Positions 10,912 through 18,580 of a stretch of DNA of 64,000 nucleotides are shown here, one piece after another; within the stretch, counting starts at the first letter, position 1; the number at the start of each line of letters is the position of its first letter. The position numbers and the translations under genes are program-made. The notes beneath the pieces are model-generated. The model searched no databases and was not told the origin of the DNA. It saw nothing but the letters and a program-made list of their open reading frames with translations. The stretch spans positions 75,666-139,665 of the IMG/VR virus record IMGVR_UViG_3300014059_000005; one strand, given 5' to 3'. The DNA comes from a virus (taxonomy: Duplodnaviria > Caudoviricetes).

Positions 10912-11534
10912 GCACCAGTAAACAACATGAGGGCCTGGCCAGTCAGCCGAATCACGACTTTCGGCCTGAGCCTCCTTGCGAGTGCCCCGGACCTGGATTC
11001 TGCCAGCGATATCAGATCAAGCAGTTCGACCACCACTGGCGACTGTGCTCGGGTAACTGTCTGCCGGAGCGCCCCTGCACCGAGGCGGTCTCCCAGGCCA
11101 TGCGGCGGCAATGGCGAAAGAAACTGGAGGCCAAACTCAAGGGCACCCCTGGACCCAACATTCTTACCAAGATCGCCAACCTTACCAGGGCTGTCACCCG
11201 GGGCGTGGCCAAGAACGGAGCCAGGGTCTTCCAGAAGGTCCCCCTGGAGGTCTATGAGGAGCGTAGACGGATCTGCGACTCTTGCGATGCCCGGAACCCA
11301 GAGAAAGATATTTGTACTCATCCCAAATGTGGTTGTGGTCTCAAGAGAAGGTTGGTGGCTGGAACATTATCCATGCTCGGCAAGCTAGAGGTATCGACGG
11401 AAAAGTGCCCCATGTTAAAATGGACGGAGTATACGGGACCCACGGAAACGGAGACCTTGCCAGGATCCCTGCCTGTGATCCCAGCCCCACCCAATACCCC
11501 GACCGAAACTCCACCGGAGACAGGACGTGCCTAG
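10908..11534 (+). CDS. Cys-rich metal-binding protein (DUF6171-like C-terminus)
   Basis: ERRRICDSC...CTHPKCGC...KCPMLKW; ATGA-coupled start at 10908. Confidence 0.5.
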   Translation: MSTSKQHEGLASQPNHDFRPEPPCECPGPGFCQRYQIKQFDHHWRLCSGNCLPERPCTEAVSQAMRRQWRKKLEAKLKGTPGPNILTKIANLTRAVTRGVAKNGARVFQKVPLEVYEERRRICDSCDARNPEKDICTHPKCGCGLKRRLVAGTLSMLGKLEVSTEKCPMLKWTEYTGPTETETLPGSLPVIPAPPNTPTETPPETGRA

Positions 11535-11859
11535 CTACAGCGATTTCAGCATGGGGTACGTCGATGGCTCGCTCACCGTGGGCCTGTCTCCCCCGGACAA
11601 TATCCAGGGGTGGTCGATCCGCTTCTCCATGATGAAGCGCAATGGCGGGACACCGTTTCTCTACGCCTATGCCGCTAGTGGCTACAACAACGTCTCCGGT
11701 ATCCAGATCACGAATTTCACAATCGGTACGATGGTGGTCTCTCTACCTCAATCCTCGGTCTCGGGGCAAGATCCCGGGGCCTACTACTATGTCCTGGAAC
11801 GAACCGACTCGGGTAGCGCAGGCCCATTGGTCCAGGGCTATCGGGTGATGTGGCCATGA
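11527..11859 (+). CDS. Small Ig-like (BppU N-terminal-like) protein
   Basis: GWSIRFSM...GTMVVSLP...GAYYYVLE...LVQG pattern. Confidence 0.45.
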   Translation: MPSYSDFSMGYVDGSLTVGLSPPDNIQGWSIRFSMMKRNGGTPFLYAYAASGYNNVSGIQITNFTIGTMVVSLPQSSVSGQDPGAYYYVLERTDSGSAGPLVQGYRVMWP

Positions 11860-12173
11860 CCAGCGATGAATGGATCAGGTCTGGTGACTGGCAGGAGGTC
11901 AAGAGCACCAACGTCAAGGCGTACCGCTACCTTCGCAGGGAACGGATGCTCCAGGTTCAGTTCCTGGGGACCGCCAAGAAGATCCGGGAGCCGGTCTACA
12001 AGGTTCACGATGTCACCGACATGGTAGCCAGGACGTTCTTCCTGGTGGATAGCAAGGGGAAGTTCTATGCTCGGTACATCAAGGATTCCTACCACGTCAC
12101 CGGGCCATTCCACTCACTACTACGAACCCTGGCGATCGATACCCATAAGTTGTTCGAGCAGGAAGATTTCTAG
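11856..12173 (+). CDS. KTSC domain protein
   Basis: VKSTNVKAYRY...LQVQF...DSKGKFYARYIKDSY. Confidence 0.8.
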   Translation: MTSDEWIRSGDWQEVKSTNVKAYRYLRRERMLQVQFLGTAKKIREPVYKVHDVTDMVARTFFLVDSKGKFYARYIKDSYHVTGPFHSLLRTLAIDTHKLFEQEDF

Positions 12174-12202
12174 GAAGGAGAAAGGATCACGGATAGGACT
12201 TT

Positions 12203-12457
12203 TCATGGTGATGTGGGCGTGCTAGATTGTGAGGGGTTGAAAGGGGATAAGGGGCTGGGATCTTCGGGTCCTGGCCCCTTATTATTTGTCTTTCTGAGGA
12301 CAAGACGAAATCCGTAGTAGTCGGAGAGTGCCCTTGACACATTGTAGTTGCGATAGCAAGAGTAGGCGTTCGATGGTTGATAGGATAACGCACCGCCTCG
12401 GAGCAACCGGAACGGTCTCTGAGTGAGAATCGGTTTGGGTCTTGCGATAAGGATCAT
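12203..12457 (-). CDS. CLec/FGE C-terminal variable micro-gene 1 (C-terminally extended)
   Basis: MILIARPKPI...RLLRGG...YGFRLVLRK. Confidence 0.75.
   Translation of the reverse strand: MILIARPKPILTQRPFRLLRGGALSYQPSNAYSCYRNYNVSRALSDYYGFRLVLRKTNNKGPGPEDPSPLSPFNPSQSSTPTSP
12247..12282 (+). terminator. UUCG-capped hairpin, probable terminator at the convergence of the two transcription units
   Basis: ataaggggctgggatc-ttcg-ggtcctggccccttat. Confidence 0.6.
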
Positions 12458-12630
12458 GGTATTCTCTTGCGGAGAATTATCCGGAAGCCCAAGAAGTCGA
12501 TCCGGTCCGTAGGCCCGGCCCAGTCACGGTTCGCCGACCGACAAGATAGACTGCGGTAGTACCAGCCACCGCCCTGTAGCACCCGGTAGGAGCCATCGAT
12601 GATCGGTCTAGATCTAGCAATCAGGATCAT
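12454..12630 (-). CDS. CLec/FGE variable micro-gene 2 (58 aa; not in ORF track)
   Basis: MILIARSRPIIDGSYRVLQGGGWYYRSLSCRSANRDWAGPTDRIDFLGFRIILRKRIP. Confidence 0.8.
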   Translation of the reverse strand: MILIARSRPIIDGSYRVLQGGGWYYRSLSCRSANRDWAGPTDRIDFLGFRIILRKRIP

Positions 12631-12818
12631 TTATCCCTCTTTCTGAGGATTACTCGAAAGCCCAGACCACCACAGCGAAAACTTTCCGGGTTCCAGATTC
12701 TATGCCACGAACTGGATCGCCAGACCATGCTCTGGAAGCCGCCACCTCGGATGGTATGGGAAACACACTGGGAAGCGATCAGGGACACCAGGGTCCCTGA
12801 TCGCTTCACCAGAATCAC
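12627..12818 (-). CDS. CLec/FGE variable micro-gene 3 (divergent), coupled to the FGE-core stop
   Basis: MILVKR...TIRGGGF...GLGFRVILRKRDK. Confidence 0.75.
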   Translation of the reverse strand: MILVKRSGTLVSLIASQCVSHTIRGGGFQSMVWRSSSWHRIWNPESFRCGGLGFRVILRKRDK

Positions 12819-13822
12819 TGGGAGCCTCCGGACTCTCCAGACTCCCGAAGGGCCTTTTCTGCCGCCTCGACTTCCTTTTTGTACCTCTGGGCATCATAGA
12901 GGCAGGCACACCACTCCCAGACGTTGCCGTGCATGTCGTAGAGGCCAAAGGCATTACAGGGATAGGATCCCACCGGGGTGGTCCGGTTGATCTTCTCATC
13001 GAAGTTGGCCATGTCGTGGGTCAGAGTGCTGCCAAAGGTGTAGGCGCTCCGGGTGCCGCCTCGACAGGAATACTCCCACTCGTACTCGGTGGGTAGTTCG
13101 TAGTAGTATCCCTTGGCGATCTCCTCGGGCAGTTCGGAGAGTTTCTTGCAATACTCCTGGGCGTCGTGCCAGGACACATTTTCCACGGGGTGGCCGGGGT
13201 GCTTGAAGGACGTGGATGGATTGGTGCTCATCACCTTCTCCCACTCCCTCTGGGTAACGGGAAAGGTCCCCATGTACAGACCTTCCATCTGCACCAGGTG
13301 CTGGGGACCTTCATCGGAATGACGATGGGGCTCACTGTCCGGAGAGCCCATGACATTGATGCCGGGAGGAGTGACCTTGAATTCCATGCCGATCGAGTTG
13401 ACGATCCTTGGCATGACCACCGGGACCTTTTCCAGGAGCATGGCCTGGATCTGCTTCTCCACCTCGGGATCGTAGGAATCCGGATCGAGTTGGTTCAGGG
13501 TCATCCGTAGGAGTCGTGCGGATTGCTCCCGACCTTCTTCGATCAGGGCATCGGTGAGGGCAAACCACCCCGTGGTGTCATTGGGGTCGATGGTGAGAGC
13601 GTGCAGGATCGAATCGGTGTCGGTGAAGGCCATAGTGGACTTTCCTTGTGTAAGGGACTTACGGAGAACACGAAAACCAAAGAAGTTGTACCAGTTTGCT
13701 GGTTCACAGGCGTTTCGGTACGTCAACCGGCAATACATCGCAAGAGATAGCCAGCAACCACCTCGAAATATCCGATATGGGGAATCGGGGTATGTTGTTC
13801 GCAAGGTAGTGGTGAGAATCAT
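12815..13822 (-). CDS. TIGR02996-like + FGE-sulfatase (SUMF1/CLec) protein lacking the C-terminal RGG...GFR segment; micro-gene 4 fused in frame at the N-terminus (alternative start 13633)
   Basis: NSIGMEF..PPG..MGS, PVTQREW, HPVENVSWHDAQEYC, LPTEYEWEYSCRGG, NAFGLYDMHGNVWEWC, then a stop; N-terminus MILTTT..RIFRGGCW..CRLTYR..FGFRVLRK. Confidence 0.9.
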   Translation of the reverse strand: MILTTTLRTTYPDSPYRIFRGGCWLSLAMYCRLTYRNACEPANWYNFFGFRVLRKSLTQGKSTMAFTDTDSILHALTIDPNDTTGWFALTDALIEEGREQSARLLRMTLNQLDPDSYDPEVEKQIQAMLLEKVPVVMPRIVNSIGMEFKVTPPGINVMGSPDSEPHRHSDEGPQHLVQMEGLYMGTFPVTQREWEKVMSTNPSTSFKHPGHPVENVSWHDAQEYCKKLSELPEEIAKGYYYELPTEYEWEYSCRGGTRSAYTFGSTLTHDMANFDEKINRTTPVGSYPCNAFGLYDMHGNVWEWCACLYDAQRYKKEVEAAEKALRESGESGGSQ

Positions 13823-13998
13823 TTCTCTTTTTTCTTTCTGAGAGCAACCCGGAAGCCCATGTCGTTGTATCGTAATGTTGGTCTGTACCCGATGCGGTAC
13901 GACGACCTGTAGTTCCGGCCGACGCAGCCCCAGCAACCACCCCGGCTCATCCAGAGGGAACCCTGAATGATCGGCCCAGGTTTAGCAATGAGGATCAT
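13819..13998 (-). CDS. CLec/FGE variable micro-gene 5
   Basis: MILIAKPGPIIQGSLWMSRGGCWGCVGRNYRSSYRIGYRPTLRYNDMGFRVALRKKKEK. Confidence 0.8.
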   Translation of the reverse strand: MILIAKPGPIIQGSLWMSRGGCWGCVGRNYRSSYRIGYRPTLRYNDMGFRVALRKKKEK

Positions 13999-14171
13999 CA
14001 GCCCCTCTTTCTGAGGATTGCCCGGAAGCCCAGGAGGTTGTCCCGGAGCATCGGCACGAGCCTGAGGCAGCGTGCCGACCGGCAGTTCTGGCCGGGGCTG
14101 TACCAGCAGCCGCCCCGGATCACCTGGAAGGAGCCCTGGAGGATCGGTCCAGGTCTAGCGATCAGGATCAT
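13998..14171 (-). CDS. CLec/FGE variable micro-gene 6
   Basis: MILIARPGPILQGSFQVIRGGCWYSPGQNCRSARCLRLVPMLRDNLLGFRAILRKRG. Confidence 0.8.
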   Translation of the reverse strand: MILIARPGPILQGSFQVIRGGCWYSPGQNCRSARCLRLVPMLRDNLLGFRAILRKRG

Positions 14172-14344
14172 CTCGACCTCTTTCTCAGGATCACCCGGAA
14201 GCCCAGATCGTGGTCCCGTTTCGGCGGCACGACCCTGCGGCGGTCCGCCGACCGGCAGTACAGGCCGTGACCGTTCCAGCAGCCGCCCCGGAACACCCGG
14301 TAGGAGCCCTGAATAATTGATTTAGGTTTAGCAATCAGGATCAT
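14168..14344 (-). CDS. CLec/FGE variable micro-gene 7
   Basis: MILIAKPKSIIQGSYRVFRGGCWNGHGLYCRSADRRRVVPPKRDHDLGFRVILRKRSR. Confidence 0.8.
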   Translation of the reverse strand: MILIAKPKSIIQGSYRVFRGGCWNGHGLYCRSADRRRVVPPKRDHDLGFRVILRKRSR

Positions 14345-14526
14345 TTCGATCTCTTTCTGAGGATTGCTCGGAATCCCAGGCCGTTTTCCCGATACGTTGG
14401 TGTATACCTGTGGCGGTACACCGACCGGCAGAACTGGCCGATGTTGACCCAGCAACCACCCCGGATCGTCTGGAACACCCGGTAGGAGCCCAGGGTGATT
14501 GATCCAGGTTTAGCAATCCGGATCAT
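14341..14526 (-). CDS. CLec/FGE variable micro-gene 8
   Basis: MIRIAKPGSITLGSYRVFQTIRGGCW...CRSVYR...LGFRAILRKRSK. Confidence 0.8.
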   Translation of the reverse strand: MIRIAKPGSITLGSYRVFQTIRGGCWVNIGQFCRSVYRHRYTPTYRENGLGFRAILRKRSK

Positions 14527-14708
14527 TAGCCTCTCTTTCTGAGGATTACCCGGAAGCCCAGATCGTCGTACCGGAACGCTGGTCTGTATCCGATGCGGTA
14601 CGACGACCTATAGTTCTCGCCGACGCAGGCCCAACTACCGCCCCGGATCGCCCAGATCACCCAGTGGGAGCCCAGGGTGATAGGTCTAGGTCTAGCAATC
14701 AGGATCAT
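14526..14708 (-). CDS. CLec/FGE variable micro-gene 9
   Basis: MILIARPRPITLGSHWVIWAIRGGSW...LGFRVILRKRG. Confidence 0.8.
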   Translation of the reverse strand: MILIARPRPITLGSHWVIWAIRGGSWACVGENYRSSYRIGYRPAFRYDDLGFRVILRKRG

Positions 14709-14736
14709 TTGTCTCTCCTCTTTCCTTGCTGTGTCA

Positions 14737-14766
14737 CAACTATGCACCAGGAATTCGGAAAGTCAA
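14737..14766 (-). promoter_or_regulatory. Repeated phage promoter TTGACT-N16-CATAGT upstream of micro-gene cluster 1
   Basis: One of 13 copies with identical 16-nt spacing. Confidence 0.75.
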
Positions 14767-14785
14767 ATGAAAATGAAGAGTTCGG

Positions 14786-15115
14786 CTACAGCTTCCTGCG
14801 GTTGCGAAGTTCCGCATCCCCACCACAGAAGCGGCACAGCTTGTGCTTCGTGGCGCAATTGGTACAGAGCACATCCACACAGGTGTTGCCATAGTGCATC
14901 TCCGTCTTGCACATTCCACACAGGGCTACGGTACACATGGCACCACCGATACGGCCCCGCATGTAGTGGCAAACCCGGCACATGCATTTCTTCTTGCGGA
15001 TCTCCAGATCGGGATCTTCGTAGCACTTTTTGACAGAATCGTAATATGCCTGTGAATAATTCGTCGCTCTCAAAACGGCACAGAGATCCCAGGGTTTGTA
15101 GATTGGCTCTCGCAT
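14786..15115 (-). CDS. Zinc-finger protein
   Basis: CRVC, CGMC, CTNC, CRFC pairs. Confidence 0.6.
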   Translation of the reverse strand: MREPIYKPWDLCAVLRATNYSQAYYDSVKKCYEDPDLEIRKKKCMCRVCHYMRGRIGGAMCTVALCGMCKTEMHYGNTCVDVLCTNCATKHKLCRFCGGDAELRNRRKL

Positions 15116-15717
15116 GATAATAAACTCTTGCGAATCTTGTTCAGGGCGTTGACATGGGACTGACTCACTGCTGATCGGGACACTCCCAGGCCATCGGCAA
15201 TGTCGCACAGCCGTCTACCCTTGAGGTAGTGTTCTTCCAGTACGAATCGCTGATAGGGCTTCAGGACGGACAGGAGGGACTCACAAAGATCGGCATCGTC
15301 CAGGGTTCGCTTCCAGGAGCAATCGATGACAGGGAGGGCCTTGGGGTCATAGGGGACTCGGGTGGGCAATGGATAGACGACCTTGGCCTCGAAACTGCTC
15401 TTGCTCATGGGATGGTGTAGACTGCGAATATATCGCTGTATCTGGTTGCGGACACTCCTCCAGGCGTAAGTGCCGAAGCGGACCCCATGCCTGGAGTCAT
15501 AGTTCCTGGCACATCTCCAGAGTGCCACATCCGCTACCTGGACCAGTTCCTCGTAATCGAAGCACATCCCCAGGAATCTACCGTATTGGAGTGCCTTCTT
15601 GGCCAGGATTCTGGAGACTCCACGGTTCTCGGACCAGAGTAGTTCGATCCGGAGTCTCTCTTCTTCGGCGGACTTGCTCGTGGATTCTTTCGTGGACTTG
15701 CTCGTGGATTTGCTCAT
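15070..15717 (-). CDS. Sigma-70 family RNA polymerase sigma factor
   Basis: EELVQVADVALWRCARNYDSRHGVRFGTYAW (region 2); HTH LCDIADGLGVSRSAVSQ (region 4). Confidence 0.85.
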   Translation of the reverse strand: MSKSTSKSTKESTSKSAEEERLRIELLWSENRGVSRILAKKALQYGRFLGMCFDYEELVQVADVALWRCARNYDSRHGVRFGTYAWRSVRNQIQRYIRSLHHPMSKSSFEAKVVYPLPTRVPYDPKALPVIDCSWKRTLDDADLCESLLSVLKPYQRFVLEEHYLKGRRLCDIADGLGVSRSAVSQSHVNALNKIRKSLLSCESQSTNPGISVPF

Positions 15718-15736
15718 GACCGTGTACCCGAATCCC

Positions 15737-15769
15737 AAAGAGAGGGGGACACAACCGCCCCCTCTCTTT
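15737..15769 (-). terminator. Intrinsic terminator-like hairpin
   Basis: aaagagaggggg-N9-ccccctctcttt. Confidence 0.5.
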
Positions 15770-15777
15770 CGCGAAGG

Positions 15778-15960
15778 TCACTTCTTGCTGGGTTTGGGTG
15801 CCAGTAACTTGGCGAGCAATTCCAGGGCCTTGTGTGTGGGCAATTCGGACAGGATCTTCCAGGATACGGCGTGGACTCGGGACACGTCCGCCACACCGAT
15901 CTTGGTCTTCTCGGTGTCCACCTCGCTGGCCACGGCATTCTTGAACTCGGTCGGGGTCAT
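15778..15960 (-). CDS. Hypothetical protein
   Basis: 60-aa ORF with ATGA coupling. Confidence 0.55.
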   Translation of the reverse strand: MTPTEFKNAVASEVDTEKTKIGVADVSRVHAVSWKILSELPTHKALELLAKLLAPKPSKK

Positions 15961-16607
15961 CGGTCTATCTCGTGAGATTCAGAAGATATCTCCGGGGTCA
16001 CATATTCGGTCCCGGAGTCCACAGGTCGGGTACGGACCACGCTGCCCGTTACCAGCCTACGATTGTGGGTCACGAACAGGATCTGGAGTCCTAATTCTCT
16101 GGAGAGAGTCTCCAGGAGGAACCTCACTCGATCCTGGTATTCCTCGGAGACGAAGCGAAAGGGCTCGTCCAGGGCCAGGAATGTTCGTCTCCTGGTTCTG
16201 GATAATAACAGACAGGCCAGCCTCAGGGCAAAGGCACTGACATCGATTACACCACCTCCACAGGACCCCAAGGGGTCCTCGACCTCTCTACCATGATCGA
16301 GAAGGGTGAGTGTAGCCTCGGTGCGGCCACGCTTGTCCTCGAAATCGATTCGCAGGGAATAGGTATCCTTGCCGAATACTGCTTCCAGGCATCTGGAGGC
16401 TATCTCGGAGACTCTACCGTGGCAGGCCTCCTGAACCTGAACCGCAACTTCCTGGGCGATGGAGAGAGACTTTTTCAGGTGTTCCTGCTCCTGGATCAAT
16501 TCCTGGGATCTGGAGGACTCACTGGAAGTATTCTTGATGGCAACCTGGTATTCCATCAGGAGAGGTCGCAATTGATTCCGATAACGATCCAGGGCGGTAG
16601 GCGTCAT
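15957..16607 (-). CDS. SbcC/Rad50-like ATPase, C-terminal half
   Basis: Signature-like SCGGG, Walker B/D-loop LALDEPF, H-loop FVTH; no Walker A. Confidence 0.85.
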   Translation of the reverse strand: MTPTALDRYRNQLRPLLMEYQVAIKNTSSESSRSQELIQEQEHLKKSLSIAQEVAVQVQEACHGRVSEIASRCLEAVFGKDTYSLRIDFEDKRGRTEATLTLLDHGREVEDPLGSCGGGVIDVSAFALRLACLLLSRTRRRTFLALDEPFRFVSEEYQDRVRFLLETLSRELGLQILFVTHNRRLVTGSVVRTRPVDSGTEYVTPEISSESHEIDR

Positions 16608-16780
16608 GAGGTTTTCTTTCTGAGGATTACCCGGAAGTCCAGATCGCTGAACCGGAACGTCGGCTCGAGCCTGCCACGGTACGCCGACCGGCAGTTCCGG
16701 CCGCTGCTGCTCCAGCCGCCGCCCTGGATCACCCGGCCAGAGCCCTGTAGGATCGGCCTAGGTCTAGCGATGAGGATCAT
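16604..16780 (-). CDS. CLec/FGE variable micro-gene 10
   Basis: MILIARPRPILQGSGRVIQGGGWSSSGRNCRSAYRGRLEPTFRFSDLDFRVILRKKTS. Confidence 0.8.
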   Translation of the reverse strand: MILIARPRPILQGSGRVIQGGGWSSSGRNCRSAYRGRLEPTFRFSDLDFRVILRKKTS

Positions 16781-16953
16781 GGTGTTCTCTTTCTCAGGAT
16801 TACCCGGAAGCCCAGGCCGTGGTTCCGAACCGCCGGCACGTACCTGTGGCAGCGTGCCGACCGGCAGTTCTGGCCGGGGCTGTACCAGCCACCGCCCCGG
16901 AACACTGAGAGGGAGCCCTGGATAATTGATCTAGGCCTAGCAATCAGGATCAT
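16777..16953 (-). CDS. CLec/FGE variable micro-gene 11
   Basis: MILIARPRSIIQGSLSVFRGGGWYSPGQNCRSARCHRYVPAVRNHGLGFRVILRKRTP. Confidence 0.8.
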   Translation of the reverse strand: MILIARPRSIIQGSLSVFRGGGWYSPGQNCRSARCHRYVPAVRNHGLGFRVILRKRTP

Positions 16954-17126
16954 TTGTCTCTCTTTCTGAGGATTACTCGAAAGCCCCGGCTAAGATAGCG
17001 GAACGACGCAAAATATCTATAGCGGCGTGTCAATCCACAGGTCCCATAGCAGCTACGCCAACCACCACCCCGATACACTGGTTCATTTCCTTGAATGCCT
17101 GGTTTGGGTCTAACGATCTGGATCAT
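16950..17126 (-). CDS. CLec/FGE variable micro-gene 12
   Basis: MIQIVRPKPGIQGNEPVYRGGGWRSCYGTCGLTRRYRYFASFRYLSRGFRVILRKRDK. Confidence 0.8.
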   Translation of the reverse strand: MIQIVRPKPGIQGNEPVYRGGGWRSCYGTCGLTRRYRYFASFRYLSRGFRVILRKRDK

Positions 17127-17197
17127 CTGTCTTTCTTTCTGAGGATTGCCCGGAAGGAGCCCCAGACAATCGGTCTGGGTTTGTTGATCCGGATCAT
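17123..17197 (-). CDS. 'Empty' micro-gene 13 (variable core deleted in frame, 24 aa)
   Basis: MIRINKPRPIVWGSFRAILRKKDR; both ATGA overlaps retained. Confidence 0.7.
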   Translation of the reverse strand: MIRINKPRPIVWGSFRAILRKKDR

Positions 17198-17376
17198 TTC
17201 ATATTCTTTTTCAGGATCAACCGCAATCCAAAGTTGTTGAACGTGGTTTGTGGAATGTACCCAACACGCCTGGCCGCTCGGCAGGGCCATTCATAGTTGA
17301 ACCAGCCGGCCCCCCGAACCATGAGTTCTCGGCCCCGAAAGATCGGTCTAGGTCTAGCGATCAGGATCACGATCAT
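17194..17376 (-). CDS. CLec/FGE variable micro-gene 14
   Basis: MIVILIARPRPIFRGRELMVRGAGW...CRAARR...FGLRLILKK. Confidence 0.8.
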   Translation of the reverse strand: MIVILIARPRPIFRGRELMVRGAGWFNYEWPCRAARRVGYIPQTTFNNFGLRLILKKNMK

Positions 17377-17765
17377 TTCCCCCGAAGTCTGGGTCCATAT
17401 TCTTCCTCGAACCTCTGATATTCATCATCGATCGAATCTTGCTGATGTCGTAATTGCGCAGCAAGTCTCGTCAATTCCTCCCGGGCGTCCTCCAGGGAGT
17501 TACAACCGAACTGAGTTTTCAATCTACGAAGGACTTCCTGGAGGGCTCCCTGGACCCGATCTCTTTGTCGGGTTACGGTCTCTAGTTGCTCCTGGATAGC
17601 ACGGTACTCCTCTACCGTGATCCGCTTCGTGGAGACCCCCGGTCGATCGCCGTCAGGAGGATCTCCTCCACCCTGGGGTCTTCCGGTTGGATTCGCAGTC
17701 TTTGTCTCACGGCCTCCTGATACGACGGTGGTGCGTCGGGAGCCCTTTTCAGTGTTTCCAGACAT
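17373..17765 (-). CDS. Small coiled-coil protein (true start probably near 17620)
   Basis: Heptad-rich C-terminal ~80 aa; located between SbcD and SbcC-C. Confidence 0.5.
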   Translation of the reverse strand: MSGNTEKGSRRTTVVSGGRETKTANPTGRPQGGGDPPDGDRPGVSTKRITVEEYRAIQEQLETVTRQRDRVQGALQEVLRRLKTQFGCNSLEDAREELTRLAAQLRHQQDSIDDEYQRFEEEYGPRLRGK

Positions 17766-18580
17766 AGATCGATCTCACCCCCCAGAACCTTCTTTGGTTT
17801 TCTGTGATCCTCGGTCAGTACATCCCTGGAGCAATCCAGGTAGTGCGGTTCTATGGAATCATCAGAATGATAGATCCACACCCTGGGCTCGTGATCCTTC
17901 TGGTCCACGGCCAGCCGCATGAGCGAGCCGCAGTTGACCACTGGGGGGACCTTCTTCCTGGCGGCAAAGGGTATATGATTGTCCCCCACGAACACCGCGT
18001 TGTAGCCCTGGACCATACTCCGCAAGGCATCGAGGGAGTGGGACTCTGGGGCATCCTTGTATCCCGTACTGTATCCAGCAGTCCTGGTCCAGGTGTAGCG
18101 ATGTACCACTGCTACTTCCTGGAGCAAGGACACCCCGCCTGTCAGTGGTTCCGGGTCCTGCCTCCAGGGGAATCCCCAGAGCCTCAGAGGGTGTGCCCCG
18201 GGAATTTCCACTGGTTGTCCAAAATGCAGAGGGATGACCCTACCAGACAGCACCAGAGTGTGAAACGACGATCTGTGGATTTGTGCGTAACTATGATTGG
18301 GTAGGTCGTGATTACCCGCCACGGAGTAGAGTGTCGGCAGGTACTCCAGGGCGAAGTTCACCAATTCCGGGGGCGAAATGGGAATATCGAATATATCCCC
18401 ACAGCAGATTACTGGCACCCGGAGAGTGTCAGCAAGGTTGCGAACCTGGAGGAGAACTCTCTTCTGAGCCTCGTACCAGCTGGGCTCCGACTGTCTGCAC
18501 ACAGGAGGCGTATGCGACAGATGGATATCGGCCAGGAATATCGCCACCGGAACTACAGGGTAGACCGGCAGAGCGGACAT
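17612..18580 (-). CDS. SbcD/Mre11-like metallophosphoesterase nuclease
   Basis: ADIHLS, CGDIFD, AGNHD, VGDNH, NCGSLMR motifs. Confidence 0.9.
   Translation of the reverse strand: MSALPVYPVVPVAIFLADIHLSHTPPVCRQSEPSWYEAQKRVLLQVRNLADTLRVPVICCGDIFDIPISPPELVNFALEYLPTLYSVAGNHDLPNHSYAQIHRSSFHTLVLSGRVIPLHFGQPVEIPGAHPLRLWGFPWRQDPEPLTGGVSLLQEVAVVHRYTWTRTAGYSTGYKDAPESHSLDALRSMVQGYNAVFVGDNHIPFAARKKVPPVVNCGSLMRLAVDQKDHEPRVWIYHSDDSIEPHYLDCSRDVLTEDHRKPKKVLGGEIDLCLETLKRAPDAPPSYQEAVRQRLRIQPEDPRVEEILLTAIDRGSPRSGSR

Noticed and set aside
12203-17376. Cassettes as integron gene cassettes or shufflon segments
   Set aside because: No attC-like or inverted sfx sites between the units (they overlap by 1-4 nt), all are in one orientation, and no tyrosine recombinase was seen.
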